Part shown: piece by piece, positions 1 through 10,060 of the stretch
Numbering within the stretch: position 1 is the stretch's first letter
How the letters are laid out: every line of letters starts with the position of its first letter
Assembly (NCBI GenBank): GCA_948852945.1
Contig: CAQPBJ010000004.1
Coordinates: 5,070 to 69,069 of the forward strand
Direction: 5' to 3'
DNA: 64,000 nucleotides
DNA from: an uncultured Clostridia bacterium
GTDB lineage: Bacteria > Bacillota > Clostridia > TANB77 > CAG-508
Notes under the pieces: model-generated
Databases searched by the model: none
Told to the model about the DNA's origin: nothing
The model's input: only the letters and a program-made list of their open reading frames with translations
Position numbers and translations under genes: made by a program

Positions 1-3000
1 ATTAATAGTTATACCATCTGTTTCGTCTACTTTTTCTGTAGTACTTTCATACTTTTCACTTGTATTTTCTTCAACAACTATATACGTGTATTTTTCAGTA
101 TTATTCTTCCATATAGGTACATTTTCAAAATTATATTGCCAATTGTTTTCTGCTGTTACTTCTTGACTTGCAAATACTATTTCATCTCGTAATAAGTTAA
201 TTTTTATTTTTTCAGGTCTTTTTCCTTTTTCATTATTGTCATCATTCCAAATTTTAGTTCCATTAACACTTGTATATAATTCATCTGCTTTTAATGTATT
301 TGTAAGTGTAAATTCTCTTTCATCTTCTGTTGTTTCAACTTTAGTTAATTCATATAAATTAACATTATCTATAACTGAATATTTATATTTTTCATTTGTA
401 TTATCGCTAATTGGAACATTTTCAAAAGTATATTCCCAATTATTTTCACTACTTATTGTTGCTGTTTGATATTCTATATCATTTTGTAATAATTTTATTT
501 CTATATTATCTGGTCTAACGCCTAAACTATTCGTGCTATCTTCCCATACTTTATTTACTTTTAAATTGAAAGTATCTTTTAATGAAATTTGCACTATATT
601 TGAATTTATTCCTGAAATAAAGTCTATTTCATTTCCTTTTTCATCTATAGCTGTCCATTCTGACCAACATCCATTATATGCAAAGGCCTCTTGATTTCCA
701 CTTGTAGTATCAGTTTCTGCTGGTGCTATCATTTTTATAGTTACGTATATATATGAACTACCTGGTAAAATCGCTTTATTTCCTTCACTATCTAAAAATT
801 CAAATGCTAAAGATTTTACTTTAGTTTTATCTACTGTTTCTGTATATTCTTTCCAACTTGTATCTTTTCCGAGTTCTTCAACTAATTCGTTTTCAGAATA
901 GTATGTTTTAACAGTATATCCTTGTGATTCTGCATATGATGTATCTATTCCTTCAAAATTACCTTTCCAATGTTCTTTGTTTCCATAAGCTTTTACAGTA
1001 TTACCTTCTTTGTCTTTAGCATATTCTTCAATAGAATCATATATTACTAGATTGGTCATAGCATTTATCCCTGAACGAGCTCTTAATTTATATGTATATT
1101 CTGCTTCATTTGAAACTTTTGCCAGTTTATCTGTATAATTGCTTTTATCAGTTTGTACAAATGCTTTAATATCTTGATGGGACGATACAACATGATTGAT
1201 AACATAATTTTGCATCTCATAATTAAACTTTTCTTCTATATCTCCATCTTCGTCAATATCTACAAAATCTTTATCTACTGTACCATCGTCTTTTCCCGAA
1301 TTTTTCCATCCATATTTAATAAATAGATTCTCATCTTGTATTATTGGTTGATAGTACATTCTTGAAGCATAGTTTACTCCATATATTTCAATATTGTCAT
1401 ATGAAATTGAAAGTGGAATAGAAAATTGAAAATATAAAGATTGTAGATAATTTTTATTTATGAATTCCTGTATATAAATTGGTTCATTTCTAAAATCAAT
1501 TATAAGTTCTATTTTGGTACGTCCTGTATTATTCCAATTTTGAATCGTATTTAATGTTAAGTGTTCTTTTAAAAAATTATTCAATTGTTCTTCATTTTGT
1601 ACATATTCGTTATTTATTTTCAAATATTCCCATTTGTTATAATGCTTACTTTTTGATATACTATTTTTTATGTACTCTTCTGTTCCATTGAATTCTACTC
1701 CTAATGGTAATAATTCATACAATTTAAATCCATATATGTTTTCAATATATGTTGTATCACTATTTAGAGCATTTAAATCCCAATTAACATCAAACTCTAC
1801 TTTTTCTTTTTCCAAATTTTCTTTAATTGATGAAACTGATAACTTATCAATATATGTATTATATGTATCATTATTCTTATATTTGTATTCTCCTTTGGCT
1901 CTGTGCATATAATGTCCATATTTTTCTATATCATAGTTTGCAATATCCTCTCCAATATTTCCTTGGTAATTTTCAAGAGATACATTGTTTACATATATAT
2001 ATTCTGCATTTTCTTGTTTTTCATATTTTTCCATAGCACTTATTGCATAAATACTACCTTCTTCTTTTAAATTTTCTGAACGGAAAACATCTATATATGC
2101 TCTCAAATAGTTTCCCTGTTCTTTTACCCATGCTCCTTCTCTTAAATCTTTATATAAAACATAATAAGCTACAACATTTTCATTTTCTTTAAATGTTATA
2201 TATTTCCCAGATGCACTAGTACTCCAAGAACTATATTTTACAAATTCTTCTTCATTTGCATGCCTTACATATAATTCTATTTCATATTTTCCATTTCCAT
2301 ATGTTACATTATTTGAGTTTACAATAGGTTGTATATCTATTGTATTAATTCTATATTCATTATCTAAAAGTTTAGAAAAGTTTCCAACTTCATCAGTAAT
2401 TCCAAAAATATCATTATATACTTTTAAATTATATGTTTTACCTGTATATTTTACATCAAAAATAGTGACGAATTGTGGCTTTGCTATACCTTTTTTTATT
2501 AGATTATATGTAGCTTTACCTAAATAACTTCTAATATTTAGTGAATCTAATTGTCCATCATAAGAAAAGTTGAAATCATCTAATATAATTCCATCTATCT
2601 TGAAACTTTTAAAACATTCTATATTTTCTTCTGAATTTTTAAATGCAATATTATCGCAATAATCTCCATATATGTCAAATGATTGAGAAATTGTTTGTCC
2701 TTCATAATTTTCTTTAGGATATCCTACATATACATATGTAGCCCATGGCATGCTTCCATTTCCCATTTTCCATGTTCTATCTGTTATATATAGTCCATTT
2801 TCATTGGGTTCTATTTTTTGCATTTCGTAATCTAATGCTATACCACCTGCTGGAATATTTATACTAAATAAATATTTTTTTACTAGTCTTATATTCTCTA
2901 GGTAGCTCCCCATATCAATTTTATATTTTACCCAAATATAATTTTGAGCATTTTCAGGTAGACCATCGTATGAAACTAAAGCTTCTTGTACACTAGCTTT

Positions 3001-3756
3001 AGCTTTTGAATATGGTGATTTGGGTGATGAAAATGAAAAATGAATTAAATCGCTATTTATCTCATTATTTAATTGTGCTTTTAATTCTGCTCTTTCTATT
3101 TGAAAGACATCTTCGCTGTCAATTCTATATGAAACTTGTATAGTCCCTTCTACATTCGTTCCTTGTTCTATTGCTATATTATTTGTAAGTATATATTCAT
3201 TAAAATATTTTACTTTTGAATCATAAATACTTTGTATTTCTTCTGTTTCTTGATAACTCCAATCATACTGTTTATTCTCTTGCTTCAGTTCATCTGCTGA
3301 TATTGCTTCAGCTTTCATTGGGTTTGCCCAATAGTCTTTGGTAGTAGAAGGTGAACTAGTATTTTTTTTGGTATTGGTCATATATTTTCCTAAGTTATCT
3401 ACTTTTATCTGTAATTGACCTGGTTCGTATGTAGTTACTACATTGGTATTTTTATAATTAATTTGCATTGTAATAACTCTAGTTTCATCTTTTGAAATGG
3501 CATCCCAGTCAATTTCAGTTAATGGTGTTTTTCCATTATCAACTGATGAGTCATAAAAAACTAAACCAAGTTCCCAATTATCTTTTTGTATTGTTTCTGA
3601 GTCTGCTAATGCTACTGTTTTTTCTACTTGTTTTATTTTTCTATCTTTTTTATTTTTTAAAAAAATTGTCGCACTGCTTGTTAATATAATTATAATAACA
3701 AGTAATATTGTTATTATAATATTTTCCTTAGTTAAAACTCCGTGTGCGTATGTGTG
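1..3756 (-). CDS. Large surface adhesin-like protein. The 3' end lies outside the window; it has an N-terminal membrane anchor and Cna-B-type repeats.
   Basis: The minus-strand frame is continuous from 3756 to base 1. It is absent from the ORF track because it has no stop in the window, and codon phase agrees at both ends. My translation gives a TM helix (ENIIITILLVIIIILTSS, about 3727-3675). It also gives two Cna-B-like units in 1-560 (VWEDSTNSLGVRPDNIEIKLLQND..NWEYTFENVP..KYKYSV and GTKIWNDDNNEKGKRPEKIKINLLRD..NWQYNFENVP..KYTYIV). The RBS-linked ATG is at 3826 in another frame (see findings). Confidence 0.75.
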
Positions 3757-3929
3757 CTACAGCGTCAGTGGTTTGCTGTCTTTGTTCTTTCTTCTTTTCT
3801 TTTGACTTTTTCTCTCTTGATAGCATTACAATATCTCCCTTATATATTTTTCTATTCTAATTTGTTTTTAAAATATTTATATATACGTGTCAAGGTAATA
3901 TAATTAGCATATTATATACTTTTAGACAA

Positions 3930-3972
3930 AATAAGACATAAACCGCTTTATTTATGCGATTTATGCCTTATT
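3930..3972 (-). terminator. Hairpin terminator downstream of the PBP gene
   Basis: AATAAGACATAAACCGC / GCGATTTATGCCTTATT is an imperfect 17-nt stem. On the minus strand it is followed by TTTTG. Confidence 0.45.
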
Positions 3973-4094
3973 ATTTTCTGAATGTTATAAAATTAATATC
4001 TTTTGTTTTACATTTTTTATTTTTTATTACGCTTATGCACTTTTGCAGTTATTTTTATATTTCTTTTCCACATTTTTTTCGCATAGTGTGTTAT

Positions 4095-6545
4095 TTATTC
4101 TGTTACCTCATTGCTTGATTCTGGTGTATTACTTTCTTCTGGTTCACTTGGCGTTGATTCTGGCGTTGTTTCAGGGCTTTCAGATGGTGTCTGACTAGGT
4201 GTTTGGCTTGGAGTTTGACTTACTGTAGGTGTTACGGTTTGTGATGGTGTTGGCGTTGTTGAAGTTGAAGGCACTGAAGTTCTTGTTTCTTCTTCTGGTG
4301 CTGTTATTTCATCTACTGGTGCTTGAATTGTTCCTGTAGAGCTATCGTCATAGTATGATTCATCTAATATCTCGCTTCCTCCATGTATTCCGCATATATC
4401 TGGTTTAGTACCTTTTAAGAAATTTTCTTTATGTGTATTTGTACATCCGCTTCTTGCTATTTTTCCTGTTTCATCACATATTGTTAATACTGCTATTTTA
4501 TTTGGTTTTTCAAATCTTTTTCCCTCTAAGCCCACATGTATTCTTGACATTACATTAGCCCATAATAACCCTGATGGGTTTCTTTTGTTGTAATCTATGC
4601 TTTCACATTGATCATATCCATACCAACAAATACAAGTATAATATGGTGAAAAACCACACAACCATCTATCAAAATTATCATCTGTTGTTCCTGTTTTTGC
4701 TGCAATATCTATTCCTTTTATTCCGCAATACTTTGCTGTTCCATGATTTCCTATTATTGGCTGTGTTAATAAGTCTTGCATTATGTATGCAACTTCTTCT
4801 GAGAATACTTTTCTTTTTTCTTGCTTGGTTTTTATTAGTGTTTTACCGTTATTTCTTTTTATTTCTGTATAAAAAGTTGGTTCTATGTATTTACCGTTAT
4901 TGGCTATTGTTGCGTATGCTCCTGCCATTTCTAATGGACTTATTCCTTTATCTAGTCCACCTAGTGCTAATGCTAAGCTTTCGTCTTTTTCTGTTAGTGT
5001 TGATATTCCCATTTTCTTTAAATATCTCATTGATGTTTTTGGCGTTAAATCTTCCATTATTTCTACAAATGGTACATTTTGTGATGACTCTATAGCTCTT
5101 CTTACTGTTATTTCTCCTAATGGTGATGTATAGTCTATTGGGTGATAACCTTCTGCAAAATCTCTTTCTGTATCGTCTACAATGGTTGCTGCTGTTATTA
5201 TTTTCTTATCTATTGCTGGCGCAACAACTGCTATTGGCTTTATGCTTGAGCCTGTTTGTCTTATACTTTGTGTTGCTCTATTTAGTGGTCTTGATTCTGT
5301 TTTTTCTCCTAAACCTCCTGTGCAACCTAATACTTCTCCTGTTTTATGGTCTAGTATTACCATTGCAGCTTGAGAATGATCGCCTCCAATATTTGAGGCT
5401 AGCTGATATTTTTCTTTTTCAAATTCTTCTTCAATGTTTTTTTGAATACTACTATTTTGTGTACTGTATATACTTGAACCTGATAATTCTAAATAATTTT
5501 GTGCAAATTGTTTTGATATTTTGTATTTTTTACTTATTTCTTCTACTACTTGATTTATTAATGCATCTGTATGATATGAATATACTCCATTTCCTGATTC
5601 TTGCTGTGCTTTTTCAAAATGTAATCCTTCGTTTACTTTTGCTATTGCTTCATCACATTCGGAACTTGAAATTTTATTTAGCTCTTCTAATTTATTTAAA
5701 ACTATTTTTGTTCTTTTTTTAATTTTTTCTGAATTATCTGCTTGTCCGTAAGGATTATAAGAATTTGGAGAATGATTTATTCCTGCTAAAAATGCGCATT
5801 CTTCTAGACTTAAATCTTTTGCTGATTTATTAAAATAATATTTTGCTCCTGCTTCTACTCCATATATATTTGGTCCAACATATATAGTATTTAAGTAGCA
5901 GGTTATTATTTCGTCTTTGCTGGCGCATCCTTCTAAGTTCCATGCTTTCCACCATTCTTTTACTTTTCTAGTAATACTTGTTTTTGAGTCTCCTGTCATA
6001 TTTTTAACTAATTGCTGTGTTATTGTACTTCCTCCAAAAGATGATTTCCCAAAGTGTATTAAATATGAACCTGTTGCTGCTATTGTTCTTTTTCCATCTA
6101 CTCCATGATGTTTATAAAATCTTTCGTCTTCAATTGCTATATATGCTTGTTTCAATACTTCTGGTATTTCTCCTGATGATACTGTTTGTTTTACTTTTGT
6201 ATCACCTATTTTAGCAATTTCTGTTCCTTCGGAATCAATTACTATAGAACACTCACTTATTAGCATGTCTTTAGCTAATTTTCTCCATCTTGCCGTAGAA
6301 ATAATTAAATTTATTATCATTACTACTAATAGTACTAATATTACTATTTTAATAAGTTTTTTTAGCTTGCTTTTTTTAGGTGGCTCTTCTTCTATTATTT
6401 CTTCTTTTTTCTTTTTCTTTGATTTAGTTGGTGATTTTCTTTTTTTTGGCTCTTCTGCCATGTGCTTATTTTTCTTCATTTTTGAGACTGATTTTGGTAT
6501 GTCTTCTTCATCTAATTCTTCTTCATATTTTCTTATTTTCATCAC
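4095..6545 (-). CDS. Class A (bifunctional) penicillin-binding protein, PBP1A family, with an S/T/P-rich C-terminal tail
   Basis: GT51 motifs: EDERFYKHHGVD and GGSTITQQLVKN. Transpeptidase motifs: SSIKP (SxxK), SQN (SxN) and KTGTT (KTG). An N-terminal TM helix is present. The tail reads TPTPSQTVTPTVSQTPSQTPSQTPSESPETTPESTPSEPEE. The start is GTG 6545 or ATG 6542. Confidence 0.92.
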   Translation of the reverse strand: MMKIRKYEEELDEEDIPKSVSKMKKNKHMAEEPKKRKSPTKSKKKKKEEIIEEEPPKKSKLKKLIKIVILVLLVVMIINLIISTARWRKLAKDMLISECSIVIDSEGTEIAKIGDTKVKQTVSSGEIPEVLKQAYIAIEDERFYKHHGVDGKRTIAATGSYLIHFGKSSFGGSTITQQLVKNMTGDSKTSITRKVKEWWKAWNLEGCASKDEIITCYLNTIYVGPNIYGVEAGAKYYFNKSAKDLSLEECAFLAGINHSPNSYNPYGQADNSEKIKKRTKIVLNKLEELNKISSSECDEAIAKVNEGLHFEKAQQESGNGVYSYHTDALINQVVEEISKKYKISKQFAQNYLELSGSSIYSTQNSSIQKNIEEEFEKEKYQLASNIGGDHSQAAMVILDHKTGEVLGCTGGLGEKTESRPLNRATQSIRQTGSSIKPIAVVAPAIDKKIITAATIVDDTERDFAEGYHPIDYTSPLGEITVRRAIESSQNVPFVEIMEDLTPKTSMRYLKKMGISTLTEKDESLALALGGLDKGISPLEMAGAYATIANNGKYIEPTFYTEIKRNNGKTLIKTKQEKRKVFSEEVAYIMQDLLTQPIIGNHGTAKYCGIKGIDIAAKTGTTDDNFDRWLCGFSPYYTCICWYGYDQCESIDYNKRNPSGLLWANVMSRIHVGLEGKRFEKPNKIAVLTICDETGKIARSGCTNTHKENFLKGTKPDICGIHGGSEILDESYYDDSSTGTIQAPVDEITAPEEETRTSVPSTSTTPTPSQTVTPTVSQTPSQTPSQTPSESPETTPESTPSEPEESNTPESSNEVTE

Positions 6546-6631
6546 CTTCTTTATTAATTTTTAGTTAGTATATCATAGTTTCTCTTAAACGTAAATTAAA
6601 CTACCTATAATGTAGATATTTAAAATATTAT

Positions 6632-6672
6632 AAAAAAAGACTCTACTTTTACGTTTTAAGTAGAGTCTTTTT
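6632..6672. terminator. Bidirectional hairpin terminator
   Basis: AGACTCTACT (6638-6647) pairs with AGTAGAGTCT (6659-6668). It is flanked by an A7 run on the left and a T5 run on the right, directly downstream of the small minus-strand gene ending at 6674. Confidence 0.7.
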
Positions 6673-6673
6673 C

Positions 6674-6968
6674 TTATAACACTTCTTTTAGCACATCTTG
6701 TAGTCCTATTGGTGTTACTGTATTTTTTCTTAATATGTATAATACATTATTGATTGTATTTTCATTTGTAGTTAAATTTGTTATGTTTTGCTTTTCTTCA
6801 CTTGTTTTCTCTCCGTGAGTATTCTTTTTTCACAATCTCTAATCCATATACTTTTGATTTTTTTACATCTTCATTTGATATCTTGTAATACTCTAATTCT
6901 ATTCTACTACTATCTGATTCTAACAGCTCTTCGCCATTTAATGTTACTCCTGAATAAAATTTTTTCAT
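6674..6968 (-). pseudogene. Small conserved-looking hypothetical gene (about 97 aa) split by a 1-nt frameshift in a homopolymer
   Basis: RBS GGAGGAAAAGCAA precedes ATG 6968. Frame 1 gives MKKFYSGVTLNGEELLESDSSRIELEYYKISNEDVKKSKVYGLEIVKKEYSRRENK*. The next frame continues NTHGEKTSEEKQNITNLTTNENTINNVLYILRKNTVTPIGLQDVLKEVL*. The total length of 295 nt is not a multiple of 3. The switch point is the T6 run at 6825-6830. Confidence 0.5.
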
Positions 6969-6989
6969 TTGCTTTTCCTCCGTTTTTTT

Positions 6990-7018
6990 ATATTAAAATG
7001 ATTTTACTTTATTGTCAA
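6990..7018 (-). promoter_or_regulatory. Sigma-A-type promoter for the 6968 gene
   Basis: On the minus strand: TTGACA (7018-7013), a 17-nt spacer, then TAATAT (6995-6990). Confidence 0.5.
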
Positions 7019-7125
7019 CAAATTTCGTCTCCCTCGCTTCGACGTTGTTCGACACCAGTTTCTGTATTACTTGATATAATAAGGCAACAAAAAAGGAGAA
7101 AATTATGCTTAGCAGATATAAATTT

Positions 7126-8133
7126 TTAATAACCTTTTTCATCTTTTATATCAATATGCAAATTTAAATCTTCCTCAGTTGGTAAAGCATCTACGAGCTC
7201 TTTTGGTAATATTTCAAATGAAGAAACACCTATTGGATTTTCAACATTGTTTAATGAATATTCAACAGTTAATCTTTTCTTACCTTTACATAATATTAAA
7301 CCAATAGTATCATTGTCTTTATCTGTTTTTAGTGAATGATTTACAGCATTTATGTAGAAGTTTATTTTTCCCGCATATTCAGGTTTAAACTCTCCAACTT
7401 TTAATTCAATTACGACATAGCATCTTAATTTCAAGTGATAAAATAACATATCCAAAAAGTAATCCTTATTATCTACTGTTATCTTATATTGATTTCCAAC
7501 AAAACTAAATCCCTTTCCGTAGTTCTATTAAACTATCAAAGCATTTTCTAGTTCTGTTTCAATATATTTTTCTTTTAGAAGTGGTAAATTAAATATGTAT
7601 GGATCCTTTTGCATACTATTCGCCATATCACTTAATGGAGATAATAGTTTTTTATTAAAATTATTATCTTTCACATTTTTCCCTTGTCTTTCATATAAAT
7701 TGGTTTCAATTTGTATTTGAAGAACATCAACTGACCAGCCATTTTCAAGACATTTATGCATATACCACAATCTTTCATCTTCATTTTTTATTTTATCTAA
7801 AATAAGCAAATTATGAGACCAAGGAATTTGTGCAGATGCCATCTGCACTTTTTCATTTGCACTTGATTCTAAATAAAATTTTTTCATATTTTTAATATTT
7901 CTAACTGAAAATCCCTTAATGTTAGGAAAATCGATTTTCATTTGCGTGCTTAAACTGTCAATAAATTTATTTCCCCAAGAAGATTTTTCATTTACTACTT
8001 TTCCAATATAAAAATATAATTCTAATAATCTTTTATTTGCATCACTCATAATCAAAGTTTGCGTTTTATAAATTTCATTTTTTATGCTTTCAAATATCTC
8101 TTTAAATTCTTTATCTAACATATTTTGTTCCAT
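7126..8133 (-). pseudogene. YhcG/DUF1016-type PDDEXK nuclease gene interrupted by two adjacent in-frame stops
   Basis: The N-terminal ORF 7528-8133 (ends ...ELENALIV) and the C-terminal ORF 7126-7455 are in the same phase. The C-terminal ORF has the PDDEXK core DMLFYHLKLRCYVVIELKVGEFKPEYAGKINFY. The sequence between them reads TAA TAG AAC TAC GGA AAG GGA TTT..., which gives **NYGKGFSFVGNQYKITVDNKDYFLD. Confidence 0.7.
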
Positions 8134-8312
8134 GTTAACCTCCTGTTTTTATTCTTTATTATTTCTTTTCTTCTAAAAATCAATTACAAATTAAAGAAAG
8201 TTAATATTTTGCACTTATTAAATATCATTATTTCTTTAGAATATCAATATAATCGCTATAAAACTTTAATAATTATAGACTCTTTTATATGTCAAATTTC
8301 TACTGTCACTAG

Positions 8313-8341
8313 ATAAAAAAATCGGGGGCGCATTCGCCCCC
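8313..8341 (-). terminator. GC-rich rho-independent terminator
   Basis: GGGGGCG-CATT-CGCCCCC hairpin. On the minus strand it is followed by ATTTTTTT. Confidence 0.8.
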
Positions 8342-8363
8342 TTTCTGTTTGAGGTTGTGTCGT

Positions 8364-8666
8364 TTAGATAGTTGTAGCTGTGCACTTCTTGGTGATGAAA
8401 TACAGTCCTACGCTCATCGCAAAGCAAAAGATTCCCACCAGGTTGATACAGCTAATAAAGCTCAGCACAAGGAAAATGAATATGAACCATTTGAAGAACT
8501 TGTGCTTGACCATGATTGTGGATGCGAAACAGCAGATTAAGGCTTCGATGAGAAGATACAAAAAGCCTTTGTTCGGCGTCATTCCCATTCCTGCCAAAAG
8601 TTTGCAGCCGATAATCCACACAGCTATCCATACTAACCACATTGCAGTCCGTTTCTTTACTCTCAT
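8364..8666 (-). CDS. Small 3-TM membrane protein of unknown function (higher-GC islet)
   Basis: RBS GGAGGTG sits 7 nt before ATG 8666. The product is MRVKKRTAMWLVWIAVWIIGCKLLAG... with three hydrophobic segments. Local G+C is visibly higher than the flanks. Confidence 0.6.
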   Translation of the reverse strand: MRVKKRTAMWLVWIAVWIIGCKLLAGMGMTPNKGFLYLLIEALICCFASTIMVKHKFFKWFIFIFLVLSFISCINLVGIFCFAMSVGLYFITKKCTATTI

Positions 8667-8762
8667 ATAGAGCACCTCCATGGTTTATTAAGACTTTTGT
8701 CTACATATTAATTATACCATTTTATCGAGCTTATGTAAACTTTTACATAAGTTAACTATATG

Positions 8763-9878
8763 CTATTGCAATTTTTCTAACTTAATTTTTACTTCAAAAT
8801 TCTTTTTGTTTCTTTTTATTTTTAATGTTACTTCATCTCCTATATTTTTTTCATAAATATATTTTTTTAAATCATTCATTGTTTCTACTTTTTTTCCGTC
8901 TATTTCTTCTAATATATCTCCTTTTATAATGTTACTGTTTTTTAATGGTCCATTTGTATCTATTTCTTCAATGTATATTCCTTTTTCTAGTTCTATATTT
9001 TGGCTTAGGTATGCTACAGCTTCTTTGTCATAACCATATATTCCGATATATGGTTCTTCAAATTTACCTGTTTCATTTAGTTTTTTTATTATTGGTTTTA
9101 TTATATTTATTGGTATTGCAAATCCTATTCCTTCACTTTCTTCTATTTTTAGTGTTGTTATTCCTAAAACTTCTCCATACTCATTTATTAGAGCTCCTCC
9201 ACTATTTCCTTCATTTATCGTTGCATCTGTTTGTAATAATCCTTCAAAATATGTTTTTTTGTCTCCATCTTCTACTTTTATTGTTCTATCTATTCCGCTT
9301 ATAATTCCTGAAGTTACTGTTCTTTGTAACTCATATCCTAATGGATTTCCTATTGCATATACTTTTGTTCCTAATCGTATCTTATCTGAATCTCCTAATT
9401 CTATCACTGGCAAGTTTTTTATATTTGTTTTTACTATTGCTAAATCTAAGTCATTATTTGACCATATGACTGTTCCGTTATCAGTTACACCATTTTTTAA
9501 AGTTATATAACATATACTATATACGTCTCCTGCTACATGTGCGTTTGTTAATATATATCCCTTTTCAGAAATTATTATCCCGCTTCCTAAATTTAAATTT
9601 TCTACACTATGTTCCAAAAATACTGTTGTTCCTATGTCTCTAACTTTTGATATTCCTACTGTGCTTTCTGTTATATCTTCTAATATGTCTTCTATGCTAC
9701 TTTCTTCACTTACTTTTTTTACTATTGTTTTGGCAACAATATTTGATGAATACTCATATTTTTTATTATCGAGTATTAGTGTATATGCAATTACTGTAAA
9801 AAAAGCTACTAAAGCCATAATTAAAAATAATAAATATATGTTTTTTGAATTTTTTGAATTTAACTCGTACATTTTCAC
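8763..9878 (-). CDS. htrA: HtrA/DegP-family serine protease with a PDZ domain
   Basis: N-terminal TM helix. Catalytic-triad contexts are TNAHV, DLAIVK and GNSGGALIN. A C-terminal PDZ-like segment is present (GIYIEEIDTNGPLKNSNIIKGDILEEIDGKKV). Confidence 0.88.
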   Translation of the reverse strand: MKMYELNSKNSKNIYLLFLIMALVAFFTVIAYTLILDNKKYEYSSNIVAKTIVKKVSEESSIEDILEDITESTVGISKVRDIGTTVFLEHSVENLNLGSGIIISEKGYILTNAHVAGDVYSICYITLKNGVTDNGTVIWSNNDLDLAIVKTNIKNLPVIELGDSDKIRLGTKVYAIGNPLGYELQRTVTSGIISGIDRTIKVEDGDKKTYFEGLLQTDATINEGNSGGALINEYGEVLGITTLKIEESEGIGFAIPINIIKPIIKKLNETGKFEEPYIGIYGYDKEAVAYLSQNIELEKGIYIEEIDTNGPLKNSNIIKGDILEEIDGKKVETMNDLKKYIYEKNIGDEVTLKIKRNKKNFEVKIKLEKLQ

Positions 9879-10060
9879 TCCTTTTTTTATTATTCACTTA
9901 TGTTTTAAAAATATACTTTCTGCTAATTTAAATACAAAAATCGTTCGACATATATAGCCTCAAAGTCAAAATATCTCTTTTTTGTTACATTTTTCGTTTT
10001 TTCTTTTATTCTTATTTTTTTTCTTATATAATGCTATAAAAAAAGTGGAGAGTTAGGTTT

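Noticed and set aside
4574-6564. Plus-strand ORFs of 60-200 aa opposite the PBP gene (4574-5095, 5120-5722, 6265-6564 and others)
   Set aside because: They are L/F/I-rich low-complexity translations on the antisense strand of a well-supported gene, with no RBS. Such open frames are expected by chance in AT-rich DNA. The same applies to the plus-strand ORFs inside Tex, the giant adhesin, VanW, the sbcC-like gene and the region 1-3756.
8349-8681. Three additional overlapping ORFs in the small GC-rich islet (8349-8540 +, 8380-8670 +, 8452-8640 -)
   Set aside because: Only the frame that starts at ATG 8666 has a GGAGGTG RBS, a downstream terminator and a membrane-protein-like sequence. The others are by-products of the locally higher GC.
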